Assembly (NCBI GenBank): GCA_964016885.1
Contig: OZ024741.1
Coordinates: forward strand, 220,286,001-220,350,000
Length of the DNA: 64,000 bases
Direction of reading: 5' to 3'
From: Eledone cirrhosa
Taxonomy: Eukaryota
The translations under genes were made by a program, and so were the position numbers. Positions 56,665 to 64,000 of the stretch are shown here, one piece after another. The notes under the pieces were generated by a model. The model was given only the letters and a program-made list of their open reading frames with translations, made no database searches and was not told the origin of the DNA. How positions within the stretch are numbered: the stretch's first letter is position 1; every line of letters begins with the position of its first letter.

Positions 56665-57015
56665 TGATCTGTTCGTCCTAACCTTAAGCATGTTTTAATA
56701 CAAAACTGATCTGTTCCGCGTGACCTCAAAAATATTTTAACACAAAAGTGATCCGTTCGTTGTAACCTCAAGAATGTCTTAACACAGAGCTAATCTGTTG
56801 GTTGTAACTTCTAGAATGTTTTAACACATGACTCATCTGTACGTTGCAGTCTCTAATGTCATAACACAGAACTCATCTGTTCGTCGTAACTTCTAGCATG
56901 TTTTAACACAGAACTGATCTGTTGGTCGTAACATCTAGCATGTTTTAACACAGAGCTCCTCTGTTGGTCGTAACATCTACCATGTTTTAACACAGAACTC
57001 ATCTGTTTGACGTAA
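56665..57015. repeat. 42-bp minisatellite, about 8.5 units
   Basis: TGTTTTAACACAGAACTGATCTGTTGGTCGTAACATCTAGCA. Confidence 0.9.
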
Positions 57016-57212
57016 TATCGATGACTCTCCCCAAGTATTACAATTGCTTTATACTTTCTTATATATTTCTTTGCATTCTAAATTTCTTTGCCTTAAATTT
57101 CTTCTCTGATAATTTCATCATATAATACTCTATATCATTGATTCCTTTCGAAATGAGATTTAGACTTTCTTTTACATTTGTTGTTATTGATGTTGTTGTT
57201 ATTGTTATTGCT

Positions 57213-57555
57213 GGCGGTATCTAGTTACGACTCATTACGTTCTGAGTTCAAATCCCGTTGAGGTTAGGTTTGCCTTTCATCCTTACGGGGTCAATGAAAT
57301 AAAGTACCAGTAACACACTGGGATCGATTTAATCATCTTTCCTCCTCCGCAAAAATTGTTGGCCTTGTGCCTAAATAAAAAAAGAAACATTAGTTTTTTA
57401 GTTCAAATCTTGCCACGGTTGGCTTTGCCATTCATCTTTACGGGGTTAATAAAATAAAGTACCAGTAACCCGCTGGTTCGATTTAAACGATTCCCCACCC
57501 CGACAAAAAAAATTAAAAAATTGTTAGCTTCGAGCGTAAATCAGAAACCGTTATT
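57213..57555 (+). mobile_element. Two diverged SINE family 1 variants
   Basis: B boxes at about 57244 and 57400; bodies match. Confidence 0.75.
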
Positions 57556-57857
57556 GTTGTTATTCCTCGTATTATGGTTGTTGTTGTTTATATATTTATT
57601 TTTCTGAATCTTTTTTTAAAATTTTATTTAAATCGAATTGAGAAAAACAAGACATTTGTATAATTCCCCAAATATTTTTCTCTCGCGTCAATCTTGTTTG
57701 TTCTGCCACTAATCTAATATTTATACCACACTGTAACCGAATTATCTCTACTAAAATAACAGGAACAAAATTCGTTGAGAGGTTTTTTGTTTTTTTTGGT
57801 AAAAAAATTAAATGACGTTACCATCAAGAAATACATCTTATTATTTTACAAAGATAA

Positions 57858-58050
57858 CGGGCGGTGGATTGGGAATATCGGTAGAGGGGCGGACGCCATG
57901 CTTTGACGCAAAGCGTTACGGCCTTTTCCGTTCCGAGTTCAAATCCCGCCGAGGTTAACGTTGCCTTTTATCCTTATGGGGTTGATAAAATAAAGTACCA
58001 GTAATACACTTGGTAATTGCTGGCCTTGTGCCAAAAGTAGAAACAATTAT
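57858..58050 (+). mobile_element. SINE family 1
   Basis: Consensus match; imperfect TSD ..ACA(A/C)AGATAAC. Confidence 0.9.
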
Positions 58051-58315
58051 TACACAGATAACACATAATCTTTATATGCGACACCTTCTAAACAACAGCT
58101 CTTAATATGTTGTACCAAAGTAAATATGTATGACAAGTAATTATAAGTTACGTATTAATGCAGGTTCGCCATCAATATTCTCTATACTTTGTAACAGTTC
58201 TATATCAAATGGTGTTTTATTAACACATACTATTATAGTCCAGCAGACTAAGACATTACTATAGCTTTCGAAACGGCCAGAGCTCAGCCGTCGGGGTAGT
58301 GACTCTTTTCCTATC

Positions 58316-58346
<31 letters not shown>

Positions 58347-58533
58347 TTATATAATTTAGGTAGACGTGCTCCATCATACACTTTTCTAAAAAATAAATCA
58401 TGCACAAAACGCCAGCACCAACAGTTTTGCAAAAGATGTCAACACGAATAGACCTATTATTTTTATCTAAAGACATTTTTATCAATTCCAAACCGCCGGT
58501 CCCCTCAATCAATCATATGTTTCATTCTTTCTT

Positions 58534-58561
58534 CTGAAGAAGGACTAGCCTCCGAAACGTT
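58534..58561 (+). ncRNA. Minimal PLE-type hammerhead core
   Basis: CTGAAGA-AGGACTAGCCTCC-GAAA-CG-TT. Confidence 0.65.
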
Positions 58562-58849
58562 ACGAGCCTCTTGCTGCTATATCAAGTGTTAACCTAATAT
58601 ATCCCTTCCATATACTGTACCGATTGTGTTGTTATTTCTGTTTACTTTTTACACACACACACATAAACTAACCTTGGGCTTATATTGTTTTCCCCTCCTC
58701 CTGTCTTAATGTCAGTGGTATCTGACTAGCTAGCCTGCAGGCTATTTCTGCAACAAGTCTCACAACCATATATTCATCCTGGTATTGGTTGCTGTTCAAA
58801 TATTGGACACACACACACACACCCACACATACACATATATATATATATA

Positions 58850-59050
58850 TAGGAAAAAGTATGACCCCGACGGCAGAGCTCAAGCCGTTTCGACGGCTAT
58901 TTCTGGAAATAGTCCAGAAATAGCCGTCGAAACGGCTTGAGCTCTGCCGTCGGGGTCATACTTTTTCCTATTTCCCACTCTACTACCGTAAGTATTGAGT
59001 ACTCTGGTGCGTTATGGTCCATTTGGTTCCTTACCACAATTCCTTTGTTA
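58850..59050. mobile_element. Family A subfamily fold-back copy (fragment also 58268-58313)
   Basis: Near-perfect arms around about 58910; tail on right arm. Confidence 0.8.
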
Positions 59051-59854
59051 TATATATATATATATAAATATATATATATAATGTGTGTGTGTGAGTGTGT
59101 GCCGACACGAGTATATATATTTCTGTGTGTATACGATGGTGCCGACTTATTTAAATATTCTTTGTGAGTGGTAAATGTGAACTTTTAAAATTGGTTTACT
59201 TAATCCCAGAATCAAAATTCCAAGGTAGCTCAATGAATTGTCTCCATTTGCTAGAAGTAAAATAGGCATTTTTTTTTTGTTTTTAAATTTTTTTATTTTT
59301 ATTATTTTTATCCCTCTAAACATAGTATTAACAAACGAACAAGGGAGGAAAAATAAAACTCGTGAAAAATTTCTTTGAAAAGGTATTCAGTACTTGAGAT
59401 GCATGCTTTAGGTCTAACAGTCTTGCTAAAGGTAAAATCGATTGATAACCCTATTCATTATAAACTCTTTTATCTCTCTCTCAAGAGAAATAATATCTCT
59501 CCATAGCCGTATATCTACGGTATTTGTTGTGCGAAATGTTTATCATCAATAAAAAAAATGGAATACATATATCTTTCGAAACATGTGTGAGAGAATAAAT
59601 ATGGGTTTTGGATTAAATAAGTTAAATTTTCCATTGATACTCATATCTATATTTGCTCTGCGTTTATAACTAGACCTCCCCACTAATATATTTTTCTTTT
59701 TCTCTTCAAACATTTATATATTATATAAACACTTTGAGTTATTTCTTTTTTAAAACGTGGCAATTACATACTATCATTAGAATTCTCTTCTTTCCTTTGA
59801 GAAATGTTTGTATAGTTCTACCTTTGGTATTGATATTATATATATATATTGATA

Positions 59855-59912
59855 TTATATAGAGAGGTGTGTAGGATACATACATACATAATACACACGA
59901 CACTCAGCTTTA

Positions 59913-59963
<51 letters not shown>

Positions 59964-60497
59964 ATACTTGGGGAGGGTCATATTGTTGTAATAATATTAC
60001 CAGAAATAATAACAGAACACACTCACTGTTTGGTTGGTTTTCGCTTCTGTGTCTTTTATATCTCCAGTTAATTCATTTGGTCCTCAATGTTTATCATTGA
60101 CCAACGATCAAAAATACAGATATAAATACATATATACAGTCTAACAAAGCTCTTTCGTTGCACATCTGCAACATCATCAGTGGTACAATTATGTTCCTCC
60201 AGTTGTATTTTATGTCTACGCCATTTTTATTTTATCTATTTATTTATTTATTTTTGTCTTCTTCTCTGCGTATGCGTGTGTGTATAGTGTTTGGTGTGTG
60301 TTCGCGTTTGGGTGACTGTGTTTTGGTTATTGTATTCTATCTTAGTTTACTAGTGTGTGTTTATATCTGTTTGTTGTTATTGTGCTTGTGTATATCAAAA
60401 ACCTCGCAAAACAAATATATATATATATCGTTAAATAATGAACTTTTTTTGTTTAATATAAGGAACTGTTTCATTGTTTTATTCATTATTTTTTTTA

Positions 60498-60545
<48 letters not shown>

Positions 60546-60601
60546 TAAAGCTGAGTGTCGTGTGTATTATTTATGTATGTAGCCTACACATCTCCCTATA
60601 G
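59855..60601. repeat. Inverted repeats of about 65 bp (59855-59920, 60538-60601)
   Basis: ATACACACGACACTCAGCTTTATAATA vs TATTATAAAGCTGAGTGTCGTGTGTAT. Confidence 0.75.
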
Positions 60602-60852
60602 TTTCTTAGCTTTACTCTCTCCGTCGCTCTTCCTTCTCTCTATAATAGATCATTCCCCCCTCTATAATTTAACTGCTTTACTCTCTCTGTCGCTCTTCAC
60701 TCTCAAATATTATAAAGCTGAACGTCGTCTCTCTCTCTCTCTCTCTCTCCCTCTTTCACCCTCTCTATAATTTAACTGCTTTACTCTCTTCACTCTCTTT
60801 ATGACAACATTCTTTTACTTTCCGTATCTACCTTCAATATATCAATATTTTA

Positions 60853-61113
60853 CCCAGCTTCTGCTGCACGTCGGGCTGAGGGGGCCAAACTCCTCAAATA
60901 CCGGTCGCTCTCCGACAGGTTTGCAGTCGTACCCCTGGCACTGGAGACTTCTGGTGTCCACGGCCCCAGGGCTACCTCGTTAATCGCCACCATAGCCGCT
61001 GAGCTGGCCAGCTGCATGTGTGAGCCTCGTGAGTTGGAGTGGCTTTTCCAGCACGTCTCCCTTGCCGTCCTCCGTGGACACGCCTTCTCCATTCTGTCCG
61101 CCGGGGCTGTGGG
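60853..61113 (+). pseudogene. CRE-type RLE 3' fragment
   Basis: Homologous to 7430-7692. Confidence 0.75.
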
Positions 61114-61869
61114 TGGATCCCATCGCATACCGTTGTAGTTGTTGTATACAGATATTAACTCATCAATCCCATTATTTATATCATATATCAACATAGAGAT
61201 GAGCGTCGTATGTATGTGTTTTTCAAAAGGATAACCTCCTTCAAATTCGGTCAACACACAAGCAGGTAATACATACATCAAAAGGCAACCCTCTTAGAGA
61301 GACAGATTAGGAAAACTAAACACACACACACATCTAAAGAGAGAGTGAGGAGAGAAGGGATAGAGAGACAGAGACAGGGAAAGAGAAACAGAGGGACGGG
61401 CAAGCAGGTAATACATACATCTAAAATCATTTGGATACAAATATCATAATATAATGGTTGCAGAACACGAAAATACAGACAAATATAATAATGTATGTAT
61501 CCCACACACTTTTTCTGACGTCGCTCGCATAAGTAACCCCCCCCCCCCACACACACACACACACACTTACACACAAATACACATACTTTCACACTTGATT
61601 TCGCCAATTGCCGGATAACATCAAAACAAAACACATAGATGCACATACACACATACACAAACACATACACACACATATCTATACTTTATATGTAGCATGC
61701 TTGTATGTATGTAAGATCATTCCCCCTTTCTATAATTTAACTGCTTTACTCTCTCTGTCGCTCTTCACTCTCTATATGACAAAACTGTTTTAGTTTCCGT
61801 ATCTCCCTTCAATATATGCACATAGAGAGAGAGAGAGAAAGAAAGAGAGAAAGAGAGAGAGAGAGAGAT

Positions 61870-61921
<52 letters not shown>

Positions 61922-62417
61922 GGAAAACTACACGCACACATCTACAGAGAGAGACAGAAAAAACAGAGGGAGGGGAAAGAGAGAGATAGGCCATTAGACA
62001 GAGAGAGATACAATTAAAGTTTTAGTTATTCAGAGAGAGAGAAGAGAGAGAGTCGAAGGGTAATGTGACACGGGAGGGGTGTGTGGTATCTTTGCAGTGG
62101 AGCGGTGGCGCCAGCCGGACGGGCCAGATAGAATATATATAGCCTTAGTGGTAAGGTGTTGGATGTACGATGAATAATGTCGTGGGTTCGATTCCTTGTT
62201 TGCATCTTGTGTTCATGAGCAAAACACTCCATTTCATGTTGCCTCCAGTGCAATCAGCTGAAAATGAGTACCAGCAATAGCTGGGGATTTAACGCTGCGA
62301 TGCACTGGCGTACTGTCCAGAGAAGAATCTTGTACTCAGTCGCTTCACAACTTGAAACCGGGATAAGCACTGGCCCAAATCTAAAGTCTCTCTTTATATA
62401 TATTTATTATTATTATC

Positions 62418-62582
62418 ACGGTGGTGGATTGGCAGTATAGAGTTATGATCTGAGTTCAAATCCCGCCGAGGATAACTTGCCTTTAATCCTTACAGGGTCG
62501 ATAAAATAAAGTACCAGTCACATACTGAGGTCTTTTCCATCCAAAATTGCTGGCCTTGTGCCTAAATTATAAACCATTATTA
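62418..62582 (+). mobile_element. SINE family 1 variant
   Basis: A/B boxes and body. Confidence 0.8.
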
Positions 62583-63202
62583 TGACTACGTGATGATTCT
62601 TGTTATTCTGGAGTCTCATCTGGGTACTCGCAGAATCATCAAACAAGAATGACAATATTTTAAACTCTACTTCGATGTTGAGTACTCATTCTCACGTATG
62701 TCGTTATCATATATATATATATATATATGTGTGTGAGTGTAAAACATTGTGTGTGAGTGTAAAAACATTGTGTGTGAGTGTAAAACATTGACAAACAGAC
62801 AGATATCTTGGTAATTATGTAAAGAGTGTGTAACGAATGTGAACGAATGAGAAATTTCGAAAGAGTTTTATATATAAGGGCGGGGGGATGTAATTGAAAA
62901 GGTATTGAAAACGTAATGTCTATATGTTTTAACAAGCGTGAAACTTTAATGAATGGCAAATAGAAACACGATTTAATGGAGTCGAAGGAATTCGAAAATA
63001 TGCAAGCCATGCAGAAATTATGCAGGTGCTTCGATGGGAAATCGTTCCTAAGATTCATGGCACGCTAATTATATAGATGCTAATTTGTTAACAGTATATT
63101 ATGTCGAGGATATTTATTACACTGAGTCGTCAATGAGTAATATAGACCCGAGTTCGTGTCATGCAGGATTCTGGCATTTGCATTTTATGAGCTAAATAAA
63201 CA

Positions 63203-63382
63203 TCGCTCTCCGACAGGTTTGTGGTTTTACCCCTTCGCAGTGGAGACTTCTGGTGTCCTCAGCCCTAGGGCTACGTCCCCTACTCACCACCATTGGGGCT
63301 GAGCTGGCCAGCCGCTTGTGTGAGCCCCGTGAGTTGGAATGGCTTTTTCCAGCGCGTCTCCCTTGCCGTTCTCCGGGGAAAC
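63203..63382 (+). pseudogene. CRE-type RLE fragment
   Basis: Homologous to 7482-7657. Confidence 0.75.
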
Positions 63383-63772
63383 TGATCAGTCAGATGTTAT
63401 TAAACATGGTGTGGTTATGGTGATGTTCGGAAAGTCGATGCAATGGAAATTAGAATTCCATGAGTGAAAACTAGAGCACAGTAAAGTTAGAAAAACAATA
63501 TAAATCTACAATTTTCCCTTTTACCATATATTTCATGATATTTCCAAGTTAGGGCCTCTTTTTTTGTGTGTGAGAGTTTGTCTTTTGTAGGAATAAATAT
63601 GTTTTTAGAATATTTCACTTTAAAAAATTAAAAACTAGTGATCAGCATTTAAAACCGAGAAAACTAGAAGAACCAACGATAAATTGACTCTAATTAGAAA
63701 TTAAATAAAAAAAAAAAACATATTTTAAATACCGTGGAACATTTTAAAATAAATATAGTAAACAACCCTCCA

Positions 63773-63975
<203 letters not shown>

Positions 63976-64000
63976 AAAGAAGGAAAAGAGTGACTTCACT

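Noticed and set aside
62940-63070. Possible coding exon (EWQIETRFNGVEGIRKYASH..)
   Set aside because: No recognisable domain or clear splice sites.

Overview
Eukaryotic, very AT-rich, repeat-saturated DNA. The (TA)n/(CA)n microsatellites and the tRNA-derived SINE resemble octopus/coleoid cephalopod repeats (inference). No host protein-coding gene is supported; most listed ORFs are microsatellite read-through. Coding remnants are all from transposons: a near full-length but frameshifted L1/Tx1-type LINE (47286-52706, minus) sitting in a (GATA)n tract plus a truncated relative, two Penelope-like element (PLE) remnants (RT + GIY-YIG), and CRE-, RTE- and CR1-type 3' fragments. Also present are about 15 SINE copies, non-autonomous Helitrons, a piggyBac-type MITE, a 3.6-kb 27-bp VNTR and a 42-bp minisatellite. 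The main hidden signal is about 25-30 type I hammerhead-ribozyme (HHR) motifs from more than 10 sequence families. Many sit in short fold-back cassettes inserted in (TA)n. Several families carry a compensatory U3-A8 core instead of C3-G8, and unrelated families share a GAGTRC motif about 35-55 nt from their 3' ends. All structures were folded by eye; no cleavage activity is demonstrated.
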